Source: Macrostomum hystrix (taxonomy: Eukaryota; Animalia; Platyhelminthes). From it: 64,000 nt of DNA. Made by a program: the position numbers and the translations under genes. Below the pieces are notes generated by a model. The model was not told where the DNA came from and did not search any database. It saw only the letters and a list, made by a program, of their open reading frames with translations. This document shows, one piece after another, positions 1 through 13,395 of the stretch. The stretch lies in contig CATNEN010000010.1 of NCBI GenBank assembly GCA_950097015.1, forward strand, positions 1,736,001-1,800,000, read 5' to 3'. Position 1 is the first letter of the stretch. The number at the start of each line of letters is the position of its first letter.

Positions 1-208
1 TCATCGCCTTGAAAGCCTGACCATTAAGGGTGCAAATTTCACGAGAAGACCTCCCGACCTCTTCGTCAGAGGTCCGAAACTCAAACTAACTCATCACCTG
101 AAAGTCACAGGAAAAAATGAATTCACCGCTCTAAAAAGACTTGGGTCTGTAGCTTGTGGAGTTCTCATGGCCGACCTGACAAGCTCCACGGACACAGGAA
201 GCACTCAC

Positions 209-3200
209 CCAGCAGGCGCTGCTTAGCCGACATTCGCGATTTAACAACTTTGGCCGGCTTCTCTCCAGGGCGAACTACGCGGGCCTCTTTAAGCCAGGTC
301 TCCCTGGTGTGGCAGACGTGCACGCAGTCGCGCAAATAAAACGGCTCATTACTGGGGCTGACATTGCCCTTCGTCTGAGCGTCGTCCGGGTGGATCACCT
401 CGTACTTGAGCAGGTGCCGGCGCAGAACGTAGAGAGGATGGCCGCGAAAATCGTCCGGCCGAGAGGGCTTCGGCCGGGCAAGCAGAATGTCGGTCAGTTG
501 GCGATCCTCGGCGGCAGACAGGGCAGCGTCGGCCGGCAGCCAGCCGGACAGAGCCGCCTCCAGCCAGGCCGGCGGGGCGCGAACTTTGCGCGTCTTGGTG
601 CACCTGGAGCGATTTGGTGGTGGGCCGTTGAATATCTTAGGGAACGTGAATTCGATAGCACTGCAAATGGTTCCCATGGCAACGACCGCTTATTTAAAGT
701 AACTAGAAATTTCTGACTACATAAAAAATATTAATACACGAAACCTATAAGATGTAAAGGGGTGAAGCGGCGAGGCGAAAGCTACTGATTTCAAGTCGAC
801 AGCAGGACCACAAAAAGCCTATTCCAATGAAAAACACTATCTGGATGAAAAAACCCATTCTCAAAACCTAAAAATGCTTTTTAATAAGTTGCGGCAGTCC
901 ACAAAGCAGGTAAGACGATAAGTCAGCAAAGGCGGTGCTCCTTACCAGTCGGCATCGTAGCGCGCTGTGACATCTCTGACTCCGCCGTCGGCATCCACGG
1001 CCATTATGTAGGTGATCGGCTTGGCGATGCGAGATCCAATGTCGTCGGGCTTGTCAACGCCATCATCGCCGCTGGTACCGCAGCCGCAGTTAAATGGCAC
1101 CCAGCGCTCGGATACGAAAACTTCGCACCAGAACTCGGGCTTCGCGAGGCCAGAGTTTTCTGTACGGCGGCTTTTCTGCCTGACCAGAGGCGGCGGTTTC
1201 ATCAGCTGCGATAGACTCGGCGGCTTTGCCGAAGCCGACTTCCGCTGCGGCTGCTTTTTGGCCGGAGGCTTCTTAACGACAGGTTCGTCATCTTCTCCTT
1301 CTGACGAATCGGAGGACGGCGGCGGCGGCGGCTTCAGCGGGGCACTCTTGGCGCGGCTGGATCGGCGAAGACCTTCAGCAGCTGACGACGCAGGTTGCTG
1401 CGGAACGGATGCTGCCACATTAAAGATTTTCGTCTTTGGCAGCTCAGTGTTTTTGGTCTTCTTAGCGGGCTCCTCTTTCGGTGTTGTCACCTTGGTCTTT
1501 TTCTTGCTTTTGTTATGCATTTTCTTGTCGACAAAGTCGCCCGCCTCTGAGCCGAAATCAATGCCACCAGCGTCTTCGTCAGCCGCCGCCGATCTAGCAG
1601 ACACATTTGTCTCCCTGACCTCCATCTGGGCCAGGGCTGCTTTCGTAAGGCGAATCGGCAGCACACGCAGAGCGGAGACGAAGCGGCAGCGCGAGACGCC
1701 ACAGGCACGCAGATGGCAGACGGCGAGAACAGCACGCAGATCGGCTGCGCTTGAGCCAACGTGACCATCGGAGGCGCACCTGATGGCGGCCTCGACAGTC
1801 AGGGCCGTTCGAAGGATGCGCGGCACGCCGGAGTCGTCAACGGTCGGGTAGGAGATGGCGAACCAGTCGGCGAATCGGCGCAGATCGTCCAGCGTAGGCC
1901 CAGCCGCCAGGGCGTTTGCCAGATCAGCTGGTGTGCGCGACAAGCAGACGGCCATCAGCTGTTTATCATTGGCCAGTCGGCTGGCCAGCTGGCATCGGGC
2001 CAGCAGAGCCAGAAAGTGCACTTTGTGCAGGTTCTCAGCCAGCAGACGCTCATGCCTCCGGCGGGCCTGCTCCGCTGCGTCAGTTTTTGGCCGGGCGCCG
2101 ACCAGAACTTCAATCGCTCCACCTCCGCCGCCTCCCTCCTCAGCGTCGCCGACTTCTTCCCAATCGTCGTCATCTTCATCTTCAATGTTGTCTTGGCTTA
2201 CGTCGTCATCCAAACGACCGCTTCGACGCGACTTCGAAGGAGAGTCTTCGCGCGTTTGAGACGTTGATGCGCCCGAAGCTGAAGGACCTGCCGCAGCCGC
2301 CTGCTCCTCTTCGACGTCTTCCAGAGCCTCGAGCGCCTGGCTCCAGTCGACATCGATCGTTGACTTCGACGCCGCTAGTGGTTCTTCAATCTAGGATGTG
2401 TCAAAAACGAGGAAAGAATGATAAAAACGCAATCGTATCCTATTGCCGTTCCCATTGATTTGCTTGCTATCCCATCGCCCTCAGCTTATCCCAGTGCCTA
2501 TCCTGCTATCCCATCGCCCTCAGCTTATCCCAGTGCCTATCCTGCTATCCCAGAGCCCTCAGCTTATCCCAGTGCCTTTCCTGCTATTCCACAGCCCTCA
2601 GATTATCCCAGTGCCTTATCTGCTATTCCACAGTCCTCAGCTAATCCCAGTGCCTCACCTGCTATCCCACAGCCCTCAGATTATCTCAGGCAGTGCCTTC
2701 CGGCCCTGCAAACCCCACACCATCGCTTATACGCTACCTTCTTCTTGGACTGCCTGCTAGCCCTAGATGCTGACTGCCTTGACTGGCGCGCCTTCTTAGT
2801 CGAAATCGGGCCAGCTGGCATTGCGCTCTGAAAGTCGCTGTCATTGTCCGACTCATTCTTAGCCGGCTGCAGTTTCCGTCGCCGAGCACCGCCAGCAGGC
2901 CCACTGGCGGTGGCAGCCGGGGGAGCCGTTTCAGGCAATGCAGGAAGAGCTGTGGGTTCTGAGTCACTGTCACTGCTGCTTGTGATTGAAGAATCGTCAT
3001 TGTCCGGTACATTAACACAACTTGTCTTGGAACTTTTATTTGTCCGGATCTCGGCCATCTTGTTAGCCGTTTTGTTCAGCGAAGGTCGACTCGATTTGCC
3101 AACAACTCGTTTGGCACTGGCCGTGGCAGCAACCGATGCTCGCCGGCTTCTCTTCGCGTCTGGCTGGTTCAACGTAGCCGCACTGGCTGCCGCGGTCGTC

Positions 3201-3271
3201 GTCGCGGCGACTGATCGGCGCGTGGCGCGCTTCAAAGGCGGCTGCTGCTGCGGCGAAGCGTTGTCAGACAT
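209..3271 (-). CDS. XPC: Xeroderma pigmentosum group C / Rad4 damage-recognition protein (3'-partial). Exons 3271-2738, 2390-946, 603-209; further exons lie outside the window
   Basis: Motifs LHKVHFLALLAR, FWCEVF..ERWV, YIMAVDADGGVRDVTARYDADW|CTKTRK, FRGHPLYVLRRHLLKYE and RDCVHVCHTRETWLKEARVV match the XPC transglutaminase-like and BHD1 domains. GT-AG junctions keep frame (AAG|GTAGCG..CTAG|ATT, phase 0; TG|GTAAG..CCAG|G, phase 2). The frame stays open 37 codons upstream of the ATG, to an acceptor at 3383. Confidence 0.93.
2462..2692. repeat. 39-bp minisatellite (~6 degenerate copies) in XPC intron 1
   Basis: Unit cctcagcttatcccagtgcctatcctgctatcccatcgc; produces the spurious (AIPSPSAYPSAYP)n ORF. 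Confidence 0.8.
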
Positions 3272-4208
3272 TGCCAGCTGTTGCAGGGCGGAGCGACGTT
3301 TCGGGCGGCTCTGGGCGGCCGCGTTCGGCTCAGCGGACTGGGAGCTGGCCGACTGGAGAGGCGGGGATTGAGGGGCTAGAATCTGGAGGGAAGCTCATTG
3401 TCTGCAGCAGTTTAATCCATGGACTGGGGGCACCCAAATGTCAACCCCAGCTAATACCTGAAGCAATTGCACAGCTGGGTTAACTGAAGAAATGATACAT
3501 TGTGTCTTGCTAAAATTCACTAATTGTTTCTGAAACAGCTTTTCAAGATTCGAACTCCCGAACTTTCAGTCAGAAGTCCGAAGACAGAATCACTGACGTA
3601 CTTACAACCTTCTTACATTTATTGCATTGTTATTATATTGTAATTCAGCTACTCGAATCACCACCCTGAACTGGGACCTCCAAACTACAGAATAAGCGAA
3701 TCCGCAAGTCACCACCGTTACAATCAAAGATCAACCAGCAAGTCCCAGAAAGGACGCAAAAAAGCGAAAAAGAGCTCGCGCTGGCAATGCATTTACTGTC
3801 TTGCTCGCTGACGCCGCACAAGCTACTTGGTTGGTTTCACAGACGAGAAAAAAACTTGTGGAAATTGTCACAAAGAAAAATGAAAATGAAAAAAGCTTGG
3901 CTTAAAAACACGCAGCGCAAACTAAGGTGCTCAGGTGTTGCTTAATTAATAAAGGCCCTAAACAGGTTTAAGTGAGAAAGATTGTAAGAAAAGATTCGGT
4001 GTGGCTGCGAATGCGCTAAGGGCATACTATACCATGGCTATAGTACTTAAAGTAGAAAAGATTGCGAATTGCAAATGCGCACTGAGAGTTTCTCTGAAAA
4101 ATCACTTGCCACAGTTTTATATGACAAAGCCAAAGTAAAGAAAACAAAAAAGCCTGATAATCAATATGGCAATAAATTGCGAAGCAATTGTCCTAAATGG
4201 GAAATTTA

Positions 4209-7200
4209 TTATTCAGCGGGGACGGAAGCAGCAACAGCAGCAGCGGTAGCGGCGTCTTTAGCCCGCCTTTCCGCCCGCAGCCGCTCCCAGTCGGCCATCA
4301 GCTCGGACCGGTCCAGCAATTTAGCCAGCTCATCGTCTGGCAGAATATTATCGTCGTCTCCGCTGTCAGCTTTGCTGCCCATAGCCGGAGCCGCCTCCGT
4401 CAGCAGAAGGTCCTCCAGTTCGCGCCTGTCCAACTTCTTCGCCTGCTCCAGAGCCTCCCGGGTTAGGGACTTGCGAAACCGCGACCGCGAGATGATCATG
4501 CGCTCCAGGGTGCGCTTGGCGTCGGCCCGGCTGACTACGCGCTCATCGATGGAGTTGGCGGTGACTAGGCGGAACACCAGCACCGGCACCGACTGGCCAA
4601 TACGGTGGCACCTGTCCTGGGCCTGCAGGTCCGCCTGGAATTGGACAGAACAGCTGCCTGTCTGACTATTTGCCTGTCTCCCCACCTGTCTATTTACCTG
4701 TCTGATCAGTCAATCTGAAGGAGTGAGCTACGCTCGCCTCTATACTGCATCAGTCGCCTGCCCACCCGTTTATTTGTTTATCAACCAACCAAATTAAATT
4801 TGGTGATTTCTATTTAGTATCTTCTGTTTCTGTCTCCCTGTCTGCATGATTCGCACCTGAGGATTCCAGTCAGAGTCGAAGATGATCACGGTATCGGCGG
4901 GTGTCAGGTTGAGGCCGAGGCCGCCAGCCCTAGTAGTCACAAGGAAGACCCCGGTGTCCGCCTCCTTGTAGAAGCGAGAGATTTCGCTGTCGCGATTCTC
5001 CAAAGATGTGCTGCCGTCCAGGCGACAGAACTTGTAGCCGCGCAGGTGGCAATAGTCCTGCGGACACAGTGGAGATAGATACTACTTTGAGGACACAACT
5101 ACAGATTTGGCAAACTGTGAAGGAAAAAAACCGGACAAACCTGCAGCAGGTCGAGTATGCAGACCCACTGGCTGAAGATCAGCACTTTGTGACCCTGTCG
5201 CTGCAGCTCCGGCAGCAACCGATCCAGCAGGCGGAACTTGCCGCTGACTCGCACCAGCTCTTCGTCCACACGGTATTGGCCGTCAGGCGTAAGAGGATAC
5301 CTGACCAGATAGGGATGGTTGCAGATCCGCTTCAGCAGTGCCATCGGATTGCGCAGGCTAACGTGCAACTCGGCGGACTCTTGGAAGCTGCCGCTGCCGC
5401 CGACGCCGAGAGCAGCGTCCAGATCGGCGACGCTGAGAATCGCATCGGCGCCGGTCGCTCTGGCAGCTCGGCCTCGTCCTTCCCCTTCGTCGTTCTCATC
5501 GACGACATCGCCCTCATCATCATCGTCGTATTGTTTTCCATCGCTGCTCTGACTGGTCTCGTCCATCTGCACCATCTGGCGAGCAAGGCGTCCTGCCCGC
5601 AGCTTCGCCTGACGCGGCCCGGCAGCGGCCGCTGCGGCAGCGACCGCTTCAAATGAGGAAGATGAGGACGACGAAGTCAGGCCAGACTCGCCGCCGCCAA
5701 CAAACTTCTCAATGGTGCGATCGACGGCCATGCGATAGAGTGCCGCCTGCTCAGGCGCCATTGGAGCATAGAGCAACTGCTCCCGCTTTGGTGGGACCTC
5801 CAAATCCACGTCGGCCTTGCACCGGCGGAGCATGAATGGCAGCAGGATCTGCTGCATAGCGGACAGCACCCGTTGCTCCTCTTCCTGCTCTAGGAGGCGG
5901 CGCTTCGCCTCGGCGTCTTGAAGGACACCAGCGTCAAACCAGGCCTCGAAGGTGCCAAGCTTCTCGAATATCTCGGGCAGTAGAAAGTTAAGCAGCGACC
6001 ACAGTTCAGTGAGATTGTTTTGTATTGGCGTGCCTGAATTAGCGAATGGATGATTAAATTTTTATGATTTATTTGGCTACATGTATTGCACATACTACAT
6101 ACAAAACTTTTAAGGCCTGCTCCGTCGAGAGATATTTCTCAGGGCCATCTCAGTCTAGAGACATGTCTCAGGGCCTGCTCAGTCTACAGACATTTCTCAG
6201 GACCTGCTTGAAACTTGAGTCTTGTCTAAGCGCTTTCCAATCTATTGAATTTAAATGTCTCCATATTTTTGTCAAAAGCCCCGTCACTGGCACTATTAAG
6301 ACTGATTTAAGGAGTTCTCGAAAAGTGTAAGTGTTAGTTCTCACCCGTGAGAATGAGCCGATGGGTACAATGGTACATGCGAAGTTCGCGAGCCAGCCGG
6401 CACTGGAAGTTCTTCACTCTATGCCCCTCGTCAACAATGAGCAGCTTCCACTGATAGCGCTGGAACACAGACCGATCGCGAATAGCCATCTCGTAGGAGG
6501 TGATAACCACCGGACTGCAGCGGGTGGCGCAGCCGGGAACAGAGGCCGGGGCACGCAGCTGGTTGCGCAGCTGGGCGCAGCGGTCCTTGCTGCCGTGGTA
6601 GAGCACCACTGGCACAGCAGGTGCGAACCTGGCAAACTCAGACCGCCAGTTGCACAATGTGGAGAGCGGGCCGACGACAAAGTAGGGGCCAGTGACACCC
6701 ATGCGGACCAGGTGGGCGATGAAGGCGATGCACTGCACCGTCTTGCCGAGGCCCATCTCGTCGCCCAGGATGCCATTGATGCCATTCTCGTACATGCGCC
6801 TCAGCCAATTGAATCCTTCGAGTTGATAGTCACGCAGCTGCCCAGTGAACAGATCTAATCGGCCGGCATCGTCTAATTCCGCTTCCGCATCCGGTTCCAC
6901 TTCCGCTTGCGGCTCTTCTTTCAGTTCCGGTTCCGCGATTGGATTTGAAGATTTGTCATCGTCAGCCTGACGATGCCGCTTAGTTGATCGCGCGGCAGCG
7001 GACGACTCGGTCTCGTCAGCCGGTCGGGATCGCTTCTTTGAACTGGCGACAGCAGCTGATGAAGACTGCGAGGCCCGGCTAACCCGCTGACTGCGACGCG
7101 TTCGCGGCGGCTCAGCCTCCTCGACTTCCGCTTTTTCAGCTTTTTCAGCGGGAGTTTCCGACTCCGCCGACTCGGACTCGACGCTGGCTGCCGGTTCAGC

Positions 7201-7635
7201 CGGCGCCTGGGCTGACTCGGTGGCAGCCGCGCCTTCCCGGTGATGCCGCTCGGCCCGGGCCAGCCGCCGGTCGAATGTTTTCTTCTCTTCCTCGATGCGG
7301 TCGACAATGAGCTTGGCGTAGACGCTGCTTTTGCGCAGCACCTCCAGGAGCTGCTGATAGCGCTCTTGCTTCTCCGCCTGCCGCTGCATCAGCCGGTTGA
7401 CGGCCGCCTGGTGCTCGGCGCGCAACAGCATCTCGGCTTGGAGAATCTCACGACCGGCGGCGAGCTCCTCAGCCAAGCCGCCGTTGGCTTCGTCAGCGGG
7501 CTGAGCAGCCTTCTTCTCGTCAGCGCATTCGCTTAGCTGGTTACTTTTAGTAGCGGCGAGCTCTGCGGTAGCGGATTGGCTGGCACACGAGACCTCGGGG
7601 TCAATGCTGTTGCTGATGTCAGTGGGGCCGGGCAT
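4209..7635 (-). CDS. HELLS: HELLS/LSH (DDM1-like) SNF2-family chromatin remodeler. Exons 7635-6345, 6033-5141, 5057-4857, 4634-4209
   Basis: N-terminal ERYQQLLEVLRKSSVYAKL (HELLS-typical), motif I GILGDEMGLGKTVQC, LLIVDEGH, LTG|TPIQNNLTELWSLLNFLLP, ICNHPYL, SGKFRLLDRLL, TRAGGLGLNLTPADTVIIFDSDWNPQ|ADLQAQDRCHRIGQ. All three introns are GT-AG and frame-consistent. Confidence 0.95.
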
Positions 7636-7736
7636 GTTAACTTGGCTTTCAGCTGCAATATATTTTTGGTCGTGAATTGCTTGCCTGCTTTATTCATGCA
7701 ACTTAGCTCTGCTATCCTGGGTCTGAGAATCTGGGT

Positions 7737-7979
7737 CTGTTTAAAGCATTGGGATCTGGGAGCAAACTGTTTAAAGCATTGGGATCTGGGAGCAAACTGT
7801 TTAAAGCATTGGGATCTGGGAGCAAACTGTTTAAAGCATTGGGATCTGGGAGCAAACTGTTTAAAGCATTGGGATCTGGGAGCAAACTGTATAAAGCATT
7901 GGGATCTGGGAGCAAACTGTTTAAAGCATTGGGATCTGGGAGCAAACTGTTTAAAACATTGGGATCTGGGAGCAAACTG
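7737..7979. repeat. 30-bp minisatellite, 8 copies
   Basis: Unit ctgtttaaagcattgggatctgggagcaaa; starts about 85 bp upstream of the HELLS acceptor. Confidence 0.95.
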
Positions 7980-8648
7980 ATTTGACAAAAAAATTGAAAG
8001 CCAGAAACAAGCCAGACGTTTGACTAAATTTGGCCTACAACAAAGTCTGGTAGGCGTAACAAGATAAGCAGCGAAGGCGGCTAAAACTTTCTGATTAAAA
8101 AAGAAACCATGACAACGACAATGCGATAAAACTGGATAAACAATGACTAACGATATTCGTTTACAGTACCGTAAACGATAGACTGCGACCTAAAAAATAA
8201 TAGTAGCTAGGGATAATTCTTTTCACAATGCAGCGTCTAACAGTCGTGCAGACTTGAAATGCAACACAAATATATGAAAGTTATAAATAAAAACTGCAGT
8301 ACTAATGGTGTAACTGGTACATCAGTATTTTAGGAATTATTATAGGCAAAATAAGCATTGTGGCGGCCGCTCTCTCCAGCGCCCTGCGTGGTGCTAGGGC
8401 GGCCACCCCAACTTTGACTAGCACTTGCACTTATTTAAAATGTATATGCTTTTTCTATCGCCACCGGTGTAAATGTACTAGGCATTTAGCTTACAAAATA
8501 CGACAGAAGCACAAATTTGTTACAAATTACTTGAGCGAAAAGAGATTTTGATGCACCTAGAAACTGTAAACTACTTTGTACTTTATTAAAAATGCTAAAT
8601 ATTGAAACAAAGCGAAAAATTAGACTTGGAGACCCTGGAGACGGGGGA

Positions 8649-11504
8649 GACCAGAATCTTGGAGACTAGTGGCTTAATCTGAGGACCAGAATCTTGGAGA
8701 CTTGTGGCTTAATCTGAGGATCAGAATCTTGGAGACTGGTGGCTTAATCTGAGGATCAGAATCTTGGAGACTGGTGGCTTAATCTGAGGATCAGAATCTT
8801 GGAGACTGGTGGCTTAATCTGAGGATCAGAATCTTGGAGACTAGTGGCTTAATCTGAGGATCAGAATCTTGGAGACTAGTGGCTTAATCTGAGGATCAGA
8901 ATCTTGGAGACTAGTGGCTTAATCTGAGGATCAGAATCTTGGAGACTAGTGGCTTAATCTGAGGATCAGAATCTTGGAGACTTGTGGCTTAATCTGAGGA
9001 CCAGAATCTTGGAGACTAGTGGCTTAATCTGAGGATCAGAATCTTGGAGACTGGTGGCTTAATCTGAGGACCAGAATCTTGGAGACTAGTGGCTTAATCT
9101 GAGGATCAGAATCTTGGAGACTGGTGGCTTAATCTGAGGATCAGAATCTTGGAGACTAGTGGCTTAATCTGAGGATCAGAATCTTGGAGACTAGTGGCTT
9201 AATCTGAGGATCAGAATCTTGGAGACTAGTGGCTTAATCTGAGGATCAGAATCTTGGAGACTAGTGGCTTAATCTGAGGACCAGAATCTTGGAGACTAGT
9301 GGCTTAATCTGAGGACCAGAATCTTGGAGACTAGTGGCTTAATCTGAGGACCAGAATCTTGGAGACTAGTGGCTTAATCTGAGGACCAGAATCTTGGAGA
9401 CTAGTGGCTTAATCTGAGGATCAGAATCTTGGAGACTAGTGGCTTAATCTGAGGACCCGAATCTTGGAGACTAGTGGCTTAATCTGAGGACCAGAATCTT
9501 GGAGACTAGTGGCTTAATCTGAGGATCAGAATCTTGGAGACTAGTGGCTTAATCTGAGGATCAGAATCTTGGAGACTAGTGGCTTAATCTGAGGACCAGA
9601 ATCTTGGAGACTAGTGGCTTAATCTGAGGATCAGAATCTTGGAGACTGGTGGCTTAATCTGAGGACCAGAATCTTGGAGACTAGTGGCTTAATCTGAGGA
9701 CCAGAATCTTGGAGACTAGTGGCTTAATCTGAGGACCAGAATCTTGGAGACTAGTGGCTTAATCTGAGGACCAGAATCTTGGAGACTAGTGGCTTAATCT
9801 GAGGATCAGAATCTTGGAGACTAGTGGCTTAATCTGAGGATCAGAATCTTGGAGACTAGTGGCTTAATCTGAGGATCAGAATCTTGGAGACTAGTGGCTT
9901 AATCTGAGGATCAGAATCTTGGAGACTAGTGGCTTAATCTGAGGACCAGAATCTTGGAGACTAGTGGCTTAATCTGAGGATCAGAATCTTGGAGACTGGT
10001 GGCTTAATCTGAGGATCAGAATCTTGGAGACTAGTGGCTTAATCTGAGGATCAGAATCTTGGAGACTAGTGGCTTAATCTGAGGATCAGAATCTTGGAGA
10101 CTGGTGGCTTAATCTGAGGATCAGAATCTTGGAGACTAGTGGCTTAATCTGAGGATCAGAATCTTGGAGACTAGTGGCTTAATCTGAGGACCAGAATCTT
10201 GGAGACTAGTGGCTTAATCTGAGGATCAGAATCTTGGAGACTAGTGGCTTAATCTGAGGATCAGAATCTTGGAGACTAGTGGCTTAATCTGAGGATCAGA
10301 ATCTTGGAGACTGGTGGCTTAATCTGAGGATCAGAATCTTGGAGACTAGTGGCTTAATCTGAGGACCAGAATCTTGGAGACTGGTGGCTTAATCTAAGGA
10401 TCAGAATCTTGGAGACTAGTGGCTTCATCTGAGGATCAGAATCTTGGAGACTAGTGGCTTAATCTGAGGATCAGAATCTTGGAGACTGGTGGCTTAATCT
10501 GAGGATCAGAATCTTGGAGACTAGTGGCTTAATCTGAGGACCAGAATCTTGGAGACTGGTGGCTTAATCTGAGGATCAGAATCTTGGAGACTAGTGGCTT
10601 AATCTGAGGATCAGAATCTTGGAGACTGGTGGCTTAATCTGAGGATCAGAATCTTGGAGACTAGTGGCTTAATCTGAGGATCAGAATCTTGGAGACTAGT
10701 GGCTTAATCTGAGGATCAGAATCTTGGAGACTGGTGGCTTAATCTGAGGATCAGAATCTTGGAGACTGGTGGCTTAATCTGAGGATCAGAATCTTGGAGA
10801 CTAGTGGCTTAATCTGAGGACCAGAATCTTGGAGACTGGTGGCTTAATCTGAGGATCAGAATCTTGGAGACTAGTGGCTTCATCTGAGGATCAGAATCTT
10901 GGAGACTAGTGGCTTAATCTGAGGATCGGAATCTTGGAGACTAGTGGCTTAATCTGAGGACCAGAATCTTGGAGACTGGTGGCTTAATCTGAGGATCAGA
11001 ATCTTGGAGACTAGTGGCTTAATCTGAGGACCAGAATCTTGGAGACTAGTGGCTTAATCTGAGGACCAGAATCTTGGAGACTGGTGGCTTAATCTGAGGA
11101 TCAGAATCTTGGAGACTAGTGGCTTAATCTGAGGATCAGAATCTTGGAGACTAGTGGCTTAATCTGAGGATCAGAATCTTGGAGACTGGTGGCTTAATCT
11201 GAGGATCAGAATCTTGGAGATTGGTGGCTTAATCTGAGGATCAGAATCTTGGAGACTGGTGGCTTAATCTGAGGATCAGAATCTTGGAGACTAGTGGCTT
11301 AATCTGAGGATCAGAATCTTGGAGACTGGTGGCTTAATCTGAGGATCAGAATCTTGGAGATTGGTGGCTTAATCTGAGGATCAGAATCTTGGAGACTGGT
11401 GGCTTAATCTGAGGTTCAGAATCTTGGAGACTGGTGGCTTAATCTGAGGATCAGAATCTTGGAGACTAGTGGCTTAATCTGAGGATCAGAATCTTGGAGA
11501 CTGG
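8649..11504. repeat. 35-bp minisatellite, ~81 copies, between RAD51 and HELLS
   Basis: Unit gaggatcagaatcttggagactagtggcttaatct with t/c and a/g variants; degenerate copies of 'tcttggagac' at both edges. Confidence 0.97.
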
Positions 11505-11745
11505 TTGCCTAGTCTGACAAATGACAATCTTGGAGACCGGTGTGGCTCAATGCACGCGATTGTATAGGAAACAGTAGTAAATATTAGCACCTTTAGGAAA
11601 CAGCCCTTATAAAGTGTGATTGTATAAAACAGTGCAATGCATTTTAAAGCAAAAAATAAAACAGGAAAAACGTTGATAAAGAACAGTTTCAACAACAGTT
11701 GTAAACAAAGCGAGTCAATAAAAATCTTAATTGACCAGGCATTTC

Positions 11746-13395
11746 TCAATCCTTAGCATCGCCGATACCCTCGCCCAGGATGGCGAAGGTGGCCTCGGCC
11801 TCAGGCAGGCAGGGCGAGTCGTACACCTTGCAGATGCGAGTCTCGCCGCGTCCCTTGCGCAGGTACAGCCGGGTGGTGGACGCGTGTGCCATGATGTTGC
11901 CGCCGATTGGCTTCTTGGGATCGGCCGAGAACATAGCGGCGCCGTCCACCTGGGCCACCACCTGCCGGGAGGATGCGCGGGGGTATTTTTGCACTTGTTT
12001 GTGAAATACGCTTTAAATACTTATATCTACTGCGAGTAGAGGATTTCTTAAATTTACCTCCAGGTGAAAACTGATGATTTGCAAAGCATTGAAACCTTCT
12101 AAAGGATGCGCACAGTTTAGTCAATTGAATTGGGACACCCAGTAGAATTTCTAAGCCCAGCTAATCCTGGTACCGAACTCCACACCGCTACTTTAAAGAG
12201 TCCAAGAAATAACGGAGACTACAGGAACTTTACTACCAGACATAATTTATTTATTCCAGGCCTCAAACATAGCATCAGACGGCCTACCTATCGGTTAGTT
12301 TTAGGAGGACGAAATTTCGATAACACAGCCCAAACGCACCTGATTCGTGACCACCACAGCCACGCCGAACTCGTCAGCCAGACGCAGCAGGAAGCGCAGA
12401 AACTTGGCCAGATGGCGCTGCCGCTCGGACAGCTCGCCACGGCCGCTGAAATCGGTGCGAAACAGCGCCGTGGCTGAGTCCACAATGAGCAGGGCATAGC
12501 GCGACTCAGTCATCATAGCGGCTGCCTGGGTCAGCAACTGCATCTGATGATCGGAACTATAGGCCCTGGCGTAGGCCACATTGTCTAGCACGTCGGCGCC
12601 GTTCAGTCCGAATCGCTCGGCGACTGCCAGCAGCCGCTCCGGCCGAAAAGTGCCCTCCGTGTCGATGTAGAGACACTTGCCCTCGCCGCCGCCCATGTCA
12701 ACCGGGAGCTGGCAGGTGACGGCCAGGGTGTGGCACAGCTGAGATTTGCCGGTGCGAAACTCACCGAACAGCTCCGTGATGCTGCCCGTCTCGATGCCGC
12801 CCTGCAGCAGCTTGTCCAGCTCCTTGGATCCCGTGGTTACCTGGATAATCTCCGATCTGGCAAGTCGAGGATATGATTCATGGAATCAGAGTTCACTCAC
12901 TATGCCTCCGGGTGTTGGCATCGTGGGTGTAATTAGCCTAGAAACCTACTCGCCACCACTGCAGCAAAATTTAACGTGGCCTCGTCGCAGATTCTAGTAC
13001 AGGAACCTTGGCACGAGTTAAAGCTCAGCTTACCGTGTCTCGTAATTATGAACTAACTTCCTAATTGGAACTCACCGTTTCTGGTGAAACTCCGTAGCGG
13101 TAGTAAAACCCATCGGGCACATCTTGTTCACAACCTCCATGATCTTATCCGCCTTGGCCTCAGAGATGCCTTTAATAGCCAGTAGATTCTTCTTCGGCAC
13201 CATCTGCAGACTTTCCACAGTGTGATGGCCGGCCTCCTCCAGCTTCTTGACGTCAGCCGCTGAGATGCCAGCGGTCTCCAGCTTGCCGATAGGCAGCGGC
13301 CCGAAGGCTTCCTCTTCTTCCATCGCCTCTGCGGCAGCCGAAGCTCCGGCTGGCTGGGCCTGCTTCTGCTTTCTCTGTTCGGCCTGGGCAGACAT
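11746..13395 (-). CDS. RAD51: RAD51 recombinase. Exons 13395-13076, 12856-12340, 11961-11746
   Basis: HhH N-domain ([11 protein letters not shown]), Walker [23 protein letters not shown], Walker [63 protein letters not shown] and the C-terminal GIGDAKD are RAD51 rather than DMC1. Canonical junctions. Confidence 0.97.

Noticed and set aside
1012-2458. Long plus-strand ORFs antisense to XPC, and equivalents opposite HELLS, QSOX, ALDH16, UBAC1 and TPMT
   Set aside because: Shadow ORFs of GC-rich coding sequence with no recognisable domains.
8649-11504. CRISPR-like regular repeats (this and the other arrays)
   Set aside because: Head-to-tail units with no unique spacers and no cas genes, in a eukaryotic intron-containing context.
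11746-13395. DMC1 as an alternative identity
   Set aside because: The C-terminal and L1/L2-region residues are RAD51-type.
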